Positions 9,578 to 18,885 are shown, counted from the first letter of the stretch. The stretch: 64,000 nt of DNA from Patescibacteria group bacterium (GCA_038065395.1 JBBTRB010000006.1:19493-83492), one strand, 5' to 3'. Notes: generated from the sequence alone by a model not told the origin. A program made the numbers and translations.

Positions 9578-11344
9578 CTAGCTTTGCCTCTTACCATGCA
9601 GCAACATCTCGACTGCATGTTCCATAGAACCAGCTTCGGTGATGGTACCCGCATTCACAAAGAAGATATCATCGGCATTGGCGATGGTATTGAGACGATG
9701 AGCAATGATCACGCGCGTCGTGGAGGCAGGTAGCTTGGCAAGGATGTCTTCGAGGATCTTCTCGGTAATAGTGTCGATATTGGCAGTCGCCTCGTCGAGG
9801 ATCAGGAGTTCGGGTTCTCGGATGATCGCCCGCATGAATGCAATGATCTGCTTCTCACCGAGTGACAACTTGCTACTCGAGCCGATCGATGTGGCGAGGC
9901 CCTGTTCGAAGCGTGAGACCAGAGCAGTGACATTGAACTTCTCTACGACTCTCATGGCTTCCTCATCTGTTATATGTTGATATTCTGGAAGTCCGTAAAA
10001 GAGGTTGTCTTTGATCGTACCACTAAAGAGGAATGGTTCCTGCAAGATGAAGCCTATCTTACGAGTACGCTCTGATGCCTCATACGAACGGATATCTTTG
10101 CCCGAAAGATAGACCGTGCCCGACGTTGGATCATAGAGACGAGCGATGAGCGAAGCGGTCGTCGTCTTGCCACCACCGGTCGGACCGACGAGTGCATAGG
10201 TCTTGCCTTTTTCGAAGACGAAATTGACATGATGCAGGACTTCTTTGCCATCAGGGTATCCGAATGACACATCTTTGAATTCAAGGAGTCCAGCACCAGA
10301 AGGAGCCTGTCCCTCTGCAGAGATGACCTCGAGATCCGACTTCATATGCAGGATGATGCCAATACGATCCCATGCAGCTAGTGCCGTCTGTAGTGTCGAC
10401 CAGAGGCGTGCCATCTCGCGCAACGGATCATAGAAACGTGTGACGTATATGACATAACTAACGAGAAGTCCTATAGCCAACTCTCCGGTACCCACGAGAT
10501 AGAGACCGAAGGCCATGACGATGACGAGCGCAATGTTGCCCATCCATTCGAAGGTTGGGGTAAAGAGTTCGTTTGCAACTCCAGCACCGAATGCTGCTTT
10601 GAAGTTCGCGGTATTGGCCTCGCCAAAACGTTTCTTGAAATAATCTCGTCTGTTGAATGCGATGATCACCTTGAAGTTGGCGATCGTTTCTTGGATCTCT
10701 CCACTGAGGTTACCTCCTGCAGAGAGGCTCTTTTTGTTGACACGTCCAACCCACGCAGACACTACCTGAGTGAAGATCACGATCACAACCGCTGGCAAGA
10801 GTGCGCCGATACCGAGCTTCCACTGTATCGCAAGGATGAATATTCCTGCACCCATAACCATGAAGACACTGCCGACGAACCGCATCAGACCCTGTGAGAA
10901 GAACTCATTGACCTTCTCGGTATCACTGTTAACGCGCGAGATCAGATCTCCCGCCTTGTTCTGGTTGAAGAATGCTAGTGGCAGTGCTTGGATCTGTACG
11001 AAAAGATCATTACGCAACTGCCAGAGGGTGCGCTGTGCCACACCCCCCATGACACGGATCTGGACGTAGTTGGATACAAATGCGATGACGAAGATCACTG
11101 CCAGAGCAACTCCCGCTACAACTACCCCCCGATAGTCACCAGGGATCACGTAACGGTCGATGGTATATCCGATACCGAGCGGTCCCAGGAGGTTGAACAG
11201 CGAGTTCGCCAAGACTGCTATGAAGGCGACGATGATCCCCTTTTTTTCTTGCGCGAGGAGGGGCAACATCTTGCGGAAGGCACCGAGGAATGAGCCTTTG
11301 CGCGTATCATCGATATGATCTTTGAGTGAGTAGTTAGTTTTCAT
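9578..11344 (-). CDS. ABC transporter, fused permease/ATP-binding exporter subunit
   Basis: Six-TM N-terminal domain plus a nucleotide-binding domain (Walker A GPTGGGKTT, signature LSLGEKQ, Walker B LILDEAT). Start chosen at ATG 11344, 5 nt after the upstream gene stop; the alternative 11383 overlaps that gene by 50 nt. Confidence 0.85.
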   Translation of the reverse strand: MKTNYSLKDHIDDTRKGSFLGAFRKMLPLLAQEKKGIIVAFIAVLANSLFNLLGPLGIGYTIDRYVIPGDYRGVVVAGVALAVIFVIAFVSNYVQIRVMGGVAQRTLWQLRNDLFVQIQALPLAFFNQNKAGDLISRVNSDTEKVNEFFSQGLMRFVGSVFMVMGAGIFILAIQWKLGIGALLPAVVIVIFTQVVSAWVGRVNKKSLSAGGNLSGEIQETIANFKVIIAFNRRDYFKKRFGEANTANFKAAFGAGVANELFTPTFEWMGNIALVIVMAFGLYLVGTGELAIGLLVSYVIYVTRFYDPLREMARLWSTLQTALAAWDRIGIILHMKSDLEVISAEGQAPSGAGLLEFKDVSFGYPDGKEVLHHVNFVFEKGKTYALVGPTGGGKTTTASLIARLYDPTSGTVYLSGKDIRSYEASERTRKIGFILQEPFLFSGTIKDNLFYGLPEYQHITDEEAMRVVEKFNVTALVSRFEQGLATSIGSSSKLSLGEKQIIAFMRAIIREPELLILDEATANIDTITEKILEDILAKLPASTTRVIIAHRLNTIANADDIFFVNAGTITEAGSMEHAVEMLLHGKRQS

Positions 11345-13085
11345 AGGTGTTGGTGCTTTTTTGTGATTCCATGATCTGGACATACTCTGGTGAGGTCACA
11401 CTGAGCTCAGCATGACTACCCTCTGCGATCACCTCTCCTTCCATGAGCAGAATGATCTTGTCGAACTCTTCTATAGATCGGATCTTTTGGGTCACGGAGA
11501 CCAGAGTGATGTGAGGATACATCGTCTCGATGTTCTTGAGGATCTTGCGTTCGGTAGACTCATCGACGCGTGCGGTGAAGTCATCGAGCAGGATCACCTG
11601 AGGATTGAGTGCGAGCGCGCGAGCCAGCATGATGCGCTGTTTCTGACCCCCAGAGAGAGACGTACCGCGCTCTGACACCATACTCTCGAGACCCTTGGGC
11701 AACGTATGGATGAAGTCACCGAGTTCGGCGGCACGTATCGCCTTGTCAGTATTCTCTGCGCTGACTTTGGAACTAAAGGCGACGTTCTCTCGGAGACTGA
11801 CGTTGAACAACACACTGTCCTGGAAGACCAGTGCCACCTGCGAGTACAGAGTTTCTTTGGAATAATACGAGATCGGATGACCGTCGTAGGTGACCTTACC
11901 TTCATTGAGTGCTGTCAGTCCCATCATCACCTGGAGGAGCTGAGTCTTGCCTGCGGCGGTTGGACCGATGATAGCAGTCTTGGTGCCGGCTTTGATAGCA
12001 AAAGAAACATCATCGAGGATCTTCTTCTCTCCATAGACAAGCGTTGCATGTGAGACCTCGATGTCACCACGGATCTGTGTGCCAGTAACACCGGTATCAG
12101 GTTCATCAGGGAGACTCAAGACTTCCCTGATGCGACTGTATGAGGCCTGAGCTCGAGAGATGATACTCGATACGAAACCGAGCATAATAAAAGGAAAGAT
12201 CAGGATGAATACATAACTATTGAATGCAGCGAAATCTCCGAGTGACAACGTGCCCGTAATGACGAACTTGCCTCCCAAGAGCAATATAACGAGTGATGCC
12301 ATGTTGGAGATCGCTCCGATGGCTGGTATCACCAATGAGAATAATTTCAAAATCTTGAGTCCGGTAGTACGAGCATCGGTGTTGACGGTGTCGAACTTGG
12401 CATGCTCGAGCTTGCCCGAGTCGAAGACACGGATGATGGCCGAGCCGATGATACTCTCGTTCATGATGGTGTTGAATGAGTCGACGAGACTCTGCGTTTT
12501 CTTGAAAAGCGGGCCGAGCTGTTTGAATACAAAGAAGAAGAGCACTCCGACCAATGGCACGATAGTCAACACTCCGAGAGCCAATCTCCAGTCGATATGG
12601 ATGAGGAGCGCCGATGCGCCGATGATAACCACAACCGAAGATATGACGGTCGCCACACCCATCGAAAGAAAGACCTTGATAGCATCGATATCTGAAGTGA
12701 GGTTGGTCAGGAGTTTGGCTGGAGTCTCCTGCTCGAGTCGTGCAAAGGTCATACCCGAGATCTTGTCTGCGAGCTCCTCACGAATAGCGTGTGCGGCTTT
12801 CTCGGAGAGGTATGACTGGAATATTCCCTGAAAATAGGTGAAGGCGAAAATGAGTACAGAGAGGATCAGGAACTGTATATAGAAGGACGAAGCAATACTC
12901 TCCCCTCGTGAATACATGTCGATACCCATCGAAATGTATTTCGGTACCGCCAACCCCAACCCATTACCCACGATGGTTGCCACCGCCAAAAGTGATGTCA
13001 GCAACGCATACTGCCGAAGCATCGAGAACATACTCGGCTGTGACTTTTTGGATTCTGTTTTGGATTCCTGAACGAGTTCTGCCAT
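11334..13085 (-). CDS. ABC transporter, fused permease/ATP-binding exporter subunit (partner of 9578-11344)
   Basis: TM domain plus a nucleotide-binding domain (GPTAAGKTQ, LSGGQKQRIMLARAL, ILLDDFTA). Tandem arrangement typical of heterodimeric exporters. Confidence 0.85.
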   Translation of the reverse strand: MAELVQESKTESKKSQPSMFSMLRQYALLTSLLAVATIVGNGLGLAVPKYISMGIDMYSRGESIASSFYIQFLILSVLIFAFTYFQGIFQSYLSEKAAHAIREELADKISGMTFARLEQETPAKLLTNLTSDIDAIKVFLSMGVATVISSVVVIIGASALLIHIDWRLALGVLTIVPLVGVLFFFVFKQLGPLFKKTQSLVDSFNTIMNESIIGSAIIRVFDSGKLEHAKFDTVNTDARTTGLKILKLFSLVIPAIGAISNMASLVILLLGGKFVITGTLSLGDFAAFNSYVFILIFPFIMLGFVSSIISRAQASYSRIREVLSLPDEPDTGVTGTQIRGDIEVSHATLVYGEKKILDDVSFAIKAGTKTAIIGPTAAGKTQLLQVMMGLTALNEGKVTYDGHPISYYSKETLYSQVALVFQDSVLFNVSLRENVAFSSKVSAENTDKAIRAAELGDFIHTLPKGLESMVSERGTSLSGGQKQRIMLARALALNPQVILLDDFTARVDESTERKILKNIETMYPHITLVSVTQKIRSIEEFDKIILLMEGEVIAEGSHAELSVTSPEYVQIMESQKSTNTYEN

Positions 13086-13155
13086 ATAATTGAGCTTTTC
13101 AAGGTAACACAGAAAGCGCGGTTTGGAAAGTCGGTTTCCTGATTCCTATTCACTG

Positions 13156-13290
13156 CGGAGAGAGGGAGATTCGAGTCCTACAGACTCTGTACAGGTTTCA
13201 CATTTTCTCATCCTCGACAAGCTCGGACTCGAAAATATGTTCAACCTTTTCGAATCCCTCACGCAACGTGCTCAAGCACGTTGCTTCTCC
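13156..13290 (-). ncRNA. tRNA-Ser-derived tRNA-like element, copy 1, downstream of tRNA-Ser(CGA)
   Basis: Begins GGAGAAG (partial match to the tRNA 5' acceptor strand). Palindromic hairpin GCAACGTGC-TTGA-GCACGTTGC, then GTGAGGGATTCGAAAAGGTTGAACAT. Ends GAAACCTGTACAGAGTCTGTAGGAC-TCGAATCTCCCTCTCTCC-G-CA, an exact copy of the T-loop/acceptor 3' end of the adjacent tRNA. Confidence 0.5.
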
Positions 13291-13325
13291 TTGTTCACGA
13301 AATCGCAAGCGATTTCAGTTCACTG

Positions 13326-13412
13326 CGGAGAGAGGGAGATTCGAACTCCCGAGGAACTTTCGCCCCTGCCACTTTTCGAAAGTGGTGCATTCAACCACTC
13401 TGCCATCTCTCC
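13326..13412 (-). tRNA. tRNA-Ser(CGA)
   Basis: Minus-strand cloverleaf: acceptor GGAGAGA/TCTCTCC, anticodon stem CCACT/AGTGG with loop TTCGAAA, long variable arm, T-arm GGGAGTTCGAATCTCCC, G73. Confidence 0.85.
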
Positions 13413-13567
13413 GTGTTGTATACTCGCAAGCAAGGTCCGACCTCGCTATTGAGCCCTATTACCCTACCATCTTTTGGGTATATCTGTAAAAAGGGGTGAC
13501 CTGCCAGACATATTCTCAAATCGATAGTCTTATGTTATATTTGGTTTTACCAAAACAGGTATTTTGG

Positions 13568-13642
13568 CCCTATCGTCTAACGGTTAGGACAGCGGGTTTT
13601 CAATCCGCTAATCCGGGTTCGATTCCCGGTAGGGTCACCAAT
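13568..13642 (+). tRNA. tRNA-Glu(UUC)
   Basis: Acceptor GGCCCTA/TAGGGTC with G2-U71. Anticodon stem GCGGG/TCCGC, loop TTTTCAA. T-arm CCGGGTTCGATTCCCGG. CCA encoded. Confidence 0.85.
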
Positions 13643-13670
13643 TTAGCTATCTCGAAATATTTTCATCTTC

Positions 13671-14042
13671 ATGACCCCCACGAAAACCATTGAATCGTAT
13701 CTGCAATCCCAACCACTAGAAGTTCGCAAACGCCTGTCTCAGATACGTGCAACTATCCGCAAAGTCGCACCGAAAGCGACCGAAGGGATCAAGTGGAGCA
13801 TGCCTTCATTTTCCATGAAACGAATATTGGTCATCTATGGCGGGTTCAAGAACCATATCGGCTTCTACCCTACCCCAAGTACGATACAAGCCTTCTCGAA
13901 AGAGCTCAAAGAGTACAAGCATGCTCCTGGTTCGGTGCAGTTCCCCCATGACCAACCATTGCCTCTAACCCTTATCGCCAAGATGACGAAGTTCCGCCTC
14001 ACCGAGAGTCTCGAGGATGATCGTAAGTGGATTGAGAAATAA
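13671..14042 (+). CDS. DUF1801 (YdhG-like) domain protein
   Basis: Pattern IESYL..QPLEVRKRLSQIRATIRKVAPKATEGIKWSMPSF is typical of DUF1801. Confidence 0.6.
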   Translation: MTPTKTIESYLQSQPLEVRKRLSQIRATIRKVAPKATEGIKWSMPSFSMKRILVIYGGFKNHIGFYPTPSTIQAFSKELKEYKHAPGSVQFPHDQPLPLTLIAKMTKFRLTESLEDDRKWIEK

Positions 14043-14480
14043 TTATTGGGTAATAAAAAATCCTCCACCGAAGTGAAGGACGGAAATTGAGGAGAGTTGA
14101 AACCTACCACGAAACTGACAATGTCAGAACGAAAACGACTGAACCTTGGCAACGGTGTCTTGTCTTCGTATACTCAACGATTCTGCGAAATGCGTCGCAT
14201 GTCTGCTGAGCTCATTCATCCAAAGCTTCGGTACTTCTGCGTTGCCAACGCGAGTTTGACGATTGTAGCCGTCGTAACCTTAGCTATTGATCTGGGTTTT
14301 TAACCCTCTCGTCACCTACACAGTGTGTAGCGCATGACTTTCGGCACTCAACTCTCCGTTGGAGATATTACACAAAGACCTCTATAAATGCAACATACCA
14401 TAGATTTTTCCCCTCCTTTTTGCTAGACTGCATTTTATGGAGGCTGATTAAATATAGTAGAGGTTTCAAAGCTTATATAT

Positions 14481-14556
14481 GCGCGGTTAGCTCAGTTGGT
14501 AGAGCATCCCCTTGACGTGGGGAGGGTCACAGGTTCGAATCCTGTATCGCGCACCA
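14481..14556 (+). tRNA. tRNA-Val(GAC)
   Basis: GCGCGGTTAGCTCAGTTGGTAGAGC; anticodon stem TCCCC/GGGGA, loop TTGACGT; T-arm AGGTTCGAATCCT; CCA encoded. Confidence 0.85.
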
Positions 14557-14643
14557 AAATAAACATTCAACCATTGAACAATTAAACTAGTGAGGGTCTT
14601 CTAATGGTGAAATGGTCTAATGGTTCAATAGTTAAATAATGAA

Positions 14644-15828
14644 ATGATCATTCTCGGCATAGAAACAAGTTGTGATGAGACGGCACTCGCATTGATCGAG
14701 ACACGTGAAAATGCAGGTGCCACAGAGTATCGAGTGATCAACTCACTCGTCCATTCACAGGCAAGCCTCCATAGTCAGTATGGCGGAGTATATCCCGCAC
14801 TAGCCAAGCGTGAACATGGCAAGCATATCTTCCCTCTGCTCCAGAAGATCCTGGCCGATCTTCCGGTATCACAAAAAGTAGCAGATCTCAGCGGGGTAAC
14901 AGAGAGATTCCGTTCGGATCTTTCGGCACAGAACCCAGAGTTACTCGAGGCATTACAGGGTTCTTCATTCCTCTCTACTATCCCGACCATAGACCAGATC
15001 ACTGTCACCGAGGGACCAGGGCTTGAGCCGGCACTGTGGGTTGGTATCACTGCTGCCAAGATCCTCTCCACACTCTGGAATGTTCCCATCATCCCCGTCA
15101 ACCACATGGAGGGTCATGTGGTCGGCTCACTCTTGCAGGATGATGCATCGACCAGTCGAACCTGGCAGAAACTCAAACCTGTCGCCTATCCAAGCTTGGC
15201 ACTTCTCATCAGTGGCGGACATACCGAGCTCGTGTCGATAGAGAAGATTGGTACCTATAGCATCATCGGCAAGACCCGCGACGATGCCGTCGGTGAGGCC
15301 TACGACAAAGCCGCCCGACTCCTCGGACTCCCCTATCCTGGTGGACCAGAGCTTGCCCACCTGGCACACAAGGGACGCGACGAGAACATTCCTGCACCTG
15401 TTGCACTTCCTCGTCCGATGATACAGAGTGGTGATCTCGACTTTTCTTTCTCAGGACTTAAGACGGCCGTACTCTATGCTGTACGTGCAGCCGAAAAAGA
15501 TGGCGTATTCGATGATCATTTCAAGCTCGGCCTCGCGCGTGAGTTCGAACAAGCGATCACTGATACTCTGGTACACAAAGTAACCAACGCACTCGAAAAG
15601 ACTGGTGCGCAGACGTTGATCCTCGGGGGCGGCGTCAGTGCCAACACATACATATGCGAACACATCTCTACGAAAGCCCGAGAATACGACGCTCAGATAC
15701 TCCTGCCTTCTCGACATATCTCGGGTGACAATGCCCTGATGATCGCCCTTGCAGGATCATTCTATACAGCAACCAAAACGCCCGGAGATATCCGGGCGCA
15801 TGGTACCAAACAATTGGGTTTGAATTAG
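14644..15828 (+). CDS. tsaD: tRNA N6-adenosine threonylcarbamoyltransferase TsaD (Kae1/YgjD family), long form
   Basis: N-terminal MIILGIETSCDETALALIE, and metal-binding His pair region HMEGHV. About 50 aa longer than typical through internal insertions. Confidence 0.85.
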   Translation: MIILGIETSCDETALALIETRENAGATEYRVINSLVHSQASLHSQYGGVYPALAKREHGKHIFPLLQKILADLPVSQKVADLSGVTERFRSDLSAQNPELLEALQGSSFLSTIPTIDQITVTEGPGLEPALWVGITAAKILSTLWNVPIIPVNHMEGHVVGSLLQDDASTSRTWQKLKPVAYPSLALLISGGHTELVSIEKIGTYSIIGKTRDDAVGEAYDKAARLLGLPYPGGPELAHLAHKGRDENIPAPVALPRPMIQSGDLDFSFSGLKTAVLYAVRAAEKDGVFDDHFKLGLAREFEQAITDTLVHKVTNALEKTGAQTLILGGGVSANTYICEHISTKAREYDAQILLPSRHISGDNALMIALAGSFYTATKTPGDIRAHGTKQLGLN

Positions 15829-15831
15829 AGG

Positions 15832-16692
15832 TTATCTGAAGAGACCGGTCATGAAGTTCCAGAAACGCTTGAGGACAGGAGCCTGAGCGGCACCAGCAAC
15901 ATTAGAATCTGTGCCTGTTGTTACATCGTCAGCAGAACCAACTTCAACGCCACTGAGATCGATCGAAGATGAACCTTCGACAGAACCAGAGACAAAAGTC
16001 TGTGATCCGTATGCCTTGATGATAGCGAGTTCAGAAGCAGACAATGTCATTGACTGTTTGCAGGCGATGTCATTGATCTTCTTGATCGTAGTGATGTATG
16101 CGATACCAGAAGCACGTGTTGCATCCCATGGTGCAAGGATAGTGTCCTTGTACTTGATCTGGAATGACTTCACAGCAACTTCGGTCTGCGCATCGAATGA
16201 ACCGTTGACTTCAACGTTCATCTTTTCGACATCCTTGAGGAATGCCTGGAGACGTGCAACTTCTGCAGCGTCATTCTTGGCACCCATCTTGAGAATATTT
16301 GAAGTGATCAAAGGACATGAAGCTGAAACAGCTGATGAACTTGATCCACCTGAACGACGACGGGATGAGCCGCTGTTAGAAGAAGTGTTGCTGTCGGTAG
16401 GGGTAGTGACAACAGTCTTGTCATCATCATCTCCATTAGAAACAGTGGTTGTAACACTGGTATTCTGAGGTTCAGAGAATCCTGCAACATCGTCTCCACC
16501 GTTGGACACGGTAGTAGTGACAGTTGCACTCTCTGCCTCTGCGAAACCAGCAGTATCATCTGATCCGTTAGAAACAGTGGTCGAAGTCACGATGTCATCT
16601 CCGCCATTGGATACCTGTGCTGAGACAGGAGTTACCAAGAGGAAAAGAGCCACAATGACTGCAAATACTGAGATAAATAGGCGAATTTTCAT
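15832..16692 (-). CDS. Secreted repeat protein with C-terminal peptidoglycan-binding (PG_binding_1-like) domain
   Basis: Signal peptide, four VSNGGDD/TTTVSNG repeats, a Ser/Gly-rich linker, then LQAFLKDVEKMNVEVNGSFDAQTEVAVKSFQIKYKDTILAPWDATRASGIAYITT, which matches the PG-binding fold. Confidence 0.6.
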   Translation of the reverse strand: MKIRLFISVFAVIVALFLLVTPVSAQVSNGGDDIVTSTTVSNGSDDTAGFAEAESATVTTTVSNGGDDVAGFSEPQNTSVTTTVSNGDDDDKTVVTTPTDSNTSSNSGSSRRRSGGSSSSAVSASCPLITSNILKMGAKNDAAEVARLQAFLKDVEKMNVEVNGSFDAQTEVAVKSFQIKYKDTILAPWDATRASGIAYITTIKKINDIACKQSMTLSASELAIIKAYGSQTFVSGSVEGSSSIDLSGVEVGSADDVTTGTDSNVAGAAQAPVLKRFWNFMTGLFR

Positions 16693-16873
16693 AATAAATA
16701 TAAGTTTTTTAACCTGCTTCTAGTAATATGTCTGTTCGAAACAGTAACGAGAGACTACCATACATGATAGTTATTGTCAATGGATTTTACGGTTCCCCGA
16801 ACAGACCTGAAGCCAATAGAAAAACCTCACCGTCTGTAACAACGATGAGGCTTGAAGCGTATAAAACGCGAAT

Positions 16874-17974
16874 TTAAGGCAAGATCGCCTTGATTCTGAA
16901 GAACGTCTGTCCAAAAGGAGGGATATTCGCACGAACGCTCTCTCCTTTGAACACATTGAGCTCGTATTCATTCCAGGGATCCATGAAGTCAGGAGACGAC
17001 TGGAAGTGGTAGGTGACATCATCCTGTCCGGCAACGACCTCCATGAGGAGTTCAGTTACCTGACCAGTACTGGAACGAGCATCAGCGACGATCGTCAATG
17101 TCGGCAACTCTGCCGTAACCGTCTGAGTGTCGATCACAACCCCTGACCTGATCAGCTCGGCAGTGAAGGTAGGGGCTCCAGTGATGAATTGGTTTTTGAC
17201 CTGATCCATACTCGAAGGGCTACCGACAGTGACGACGACGGTGGCACCAAATCTGACCCAGGCATGATAGCTGACCGATGAGGGCAATTGTCCATTGGAA
17301 TAGACCTTATCATCACCTCGTTCTGTCCAGGTACCCGTTTCAGGATCATTCGTTGACTCCATAACCTCGTTGGGCCCAAAATTGAGTCCTACGAAGTTGA
17401 CATTGAACGGCAACTCCTGTCGCGTCTGCGAATCGTTGCCGATAGCGAACGTAGATGAAGTGATGTTCGTCAGGGTACTTGCGATCCTGCACTGATATGC
17501 ACTCACTGGATACTGTCCCGTGGCACTGATGACCATACGATTGCCACGTTGAGTAAGGAGGTTGTCGGCGATGTTCGTGCCTGTCTTGCCACGCCACATA
17601 CCGAAGGTGCTGGAGGCGATGACATGATGCCATTGCCAGCCATTGGTCGGAATAACGTACCATCCCTCTGGATGATCAGGGCTCGTATTGACAGTCATGC
17701 CAATGAGACCACCAATCGCGTTACGCCTGTTTTGTGTAACGCTTGGCGAAGCTCCTACACAGACCGAGGAGATAGCCAGACGTTCAGGACGTGAGGCAAT
17801 CTGGGGCAGCGAGCCGCCGGACGAACCTGCTGCCGAAATCAAAGGGTCACTAGACGCCTTGGATTTGGCCGGCTTTTCGACTTTGATGAGGGTGATTTCG
17901 GACGCATGCACCGCAACAGACAAGAGGGTCATTGCGACACATGTCAGGAGGAGAGATAACCGTGTTGTTTTCAT
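16874..17974 (-). CDS. Secreted hypothetical protein
   Basis: Cleavable signal-like N-terminus (MKTTRLSLLLTCVAMTLLSVAVHASE). No known domain. Confidence 0.55.
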   Translation of the reverse strand: MKTTRLSLLLTCVAMTLLSVAVHASEITLIKVEKPAKSKASSDPLISAAGSSGGSLPQIASRPERLAISSVCVGASPSVTQNRRNAIGGLIGMTVNTSPDHPEGWYVIPTNGWQWHHVIASSTFGMWRGKTGTNIADNLLTQRGNRMVISATGQYPVSAYQCRIASTLTNITSSTFAIGNDSQTRQELPFNVNFVGLNFGPNEVMESTNDPETGTWTERGDDKVYSNGQLPSSVSYHAWVRFGATVVVTVGSPSSMDQVKNQFITGAPTFTAELIRSGVVIDTQTVTAELPTLTIVADARSSTGQVTELLMEVVAGQDDVTYHFQSSPDFMDPWNEYELNVFKGESVRANIPPFGQTFFRIKAILP

Positions 17975-18151
17975 TCGATAGTACTGGTTTGTTTTGTTGT
18001 GGAATTCGCTTGTTACGTCAGAGAACCTATCGGTTCTCTACAAGATCTGGTCAATGTATAACTTATATTGAGTCTTTTGTCAATACCCAGTACCCTTGAG
18101 TTATTATTCCACAGGGCTCAGCATAACCCCGTGATATACTGATACAAACGT

Positions 18152-18844
18152 ATGAGCACTCTTCTTTATGCGGCATTGGCAGGTATTGTCCCCTCTTTGG
18201 TATGGCTCTTCTTCTGGACTCGCGAAGATATCGCACATCCAGAGTCACGCATGATCCTCACCGTATCCTTTTTCGGGGGCATGATAGCGGTTGTGGCGGC
18301 AATATTAGGGGAAAAGTATGTGGCAGACATCTTCACTGACACACAGAGTCGCTATATTGCCTGGGCTGCCATAGAAGAAGTCGTCAAACTCCTTGCGGTC
18401 GTGATATGTGCCCTTCTTAGTAGTCAGAACGATGAGCCTATCGACGCCATGATCTATTGCATCACCGTGGCACTGGGGTTTGCGGCACTCGAGAATACCC
18501 TTTTTATCACCACACCACTCCTCGAAGGTAACGTCTGGCAAGGAGTTGTTATGGGTAATATGCGTTTTATGGGGTCGACTCTGGTCCACGTGGTAAGCTC
18601 TGCACTTATCGGATTTGCCTTGGGCTGGACATTCTACAGAGGATACCTAGCCAAGATCATAGGCCTCATCGTAGGCTTGGGTCTTGCGATCACCTTCCAT
18701 TCAGCTTTCAACCTCTCTATCATCGCTGGTGGAGCTACCAATACCCTTCGCACCTTCGCCTGGGTATGGGTCGGAGTAGTAATCCTGATCATGTTATTCG
18801 AAGAAGTAAAAGTTGTTCACCGTCGACTTCGTTCTCAAGGATAG
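18152..18844 (+). CDS. PrsW-like intramembrane metalloprotease
   Basis: Multi-TM protein with IEEVVKLL (EExxK), GFAALENTLF (FxxxE-like), and His-containing TM helices, as in the PrsW/YpdC family. Confidence 0.65.
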   Translation: MSTLLYAALAGIVPSLVWLFFWTREDIAHPESRMILTVSFFGGMIAVVAAILGEKYVADIFTDTQSRYIAWAAIEEVVKLLAVVICALLSSQNDEPIDAMIYCITVALGFAALENTLFITTPLLEGNVWQGVVMGNMRFMGSTLVHVVSSALIGFALGWTFYRGYLAKIIGLIVGLGLAITFHSAFNLSIIAGGATNTLRTFAWVWVGVVILIMLFEEVKVVHRRLRSQG

Positions 18845-18885
18845 GGGTATGCTATACTAAATAAAATTAAAATATTGTTATACAT

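Noticed and set aside
13123-13499. Three overlapping plus-strand ORFs (109, 73, 72 aa) across the tRNA-Ser(CGA)/tRNA-like element region
   Set aside because: They lie antisense to or on top of clearly folding tRNA and tRNA-like RNA sequence. Translations are low-complexity (e.g. SLRREGDS repeated from the duplicated tRNA end). They are artefacts of RNA genes.
14097-14303. 68-aa ORF in the long spacer before tRNA-Val
   Set aside because: No ribosome-binding site or domain support, and the composition is not distinct from the surrounding non-coding sequence. The region is better treated as a possible non-coding RNA or regulatory spacer.
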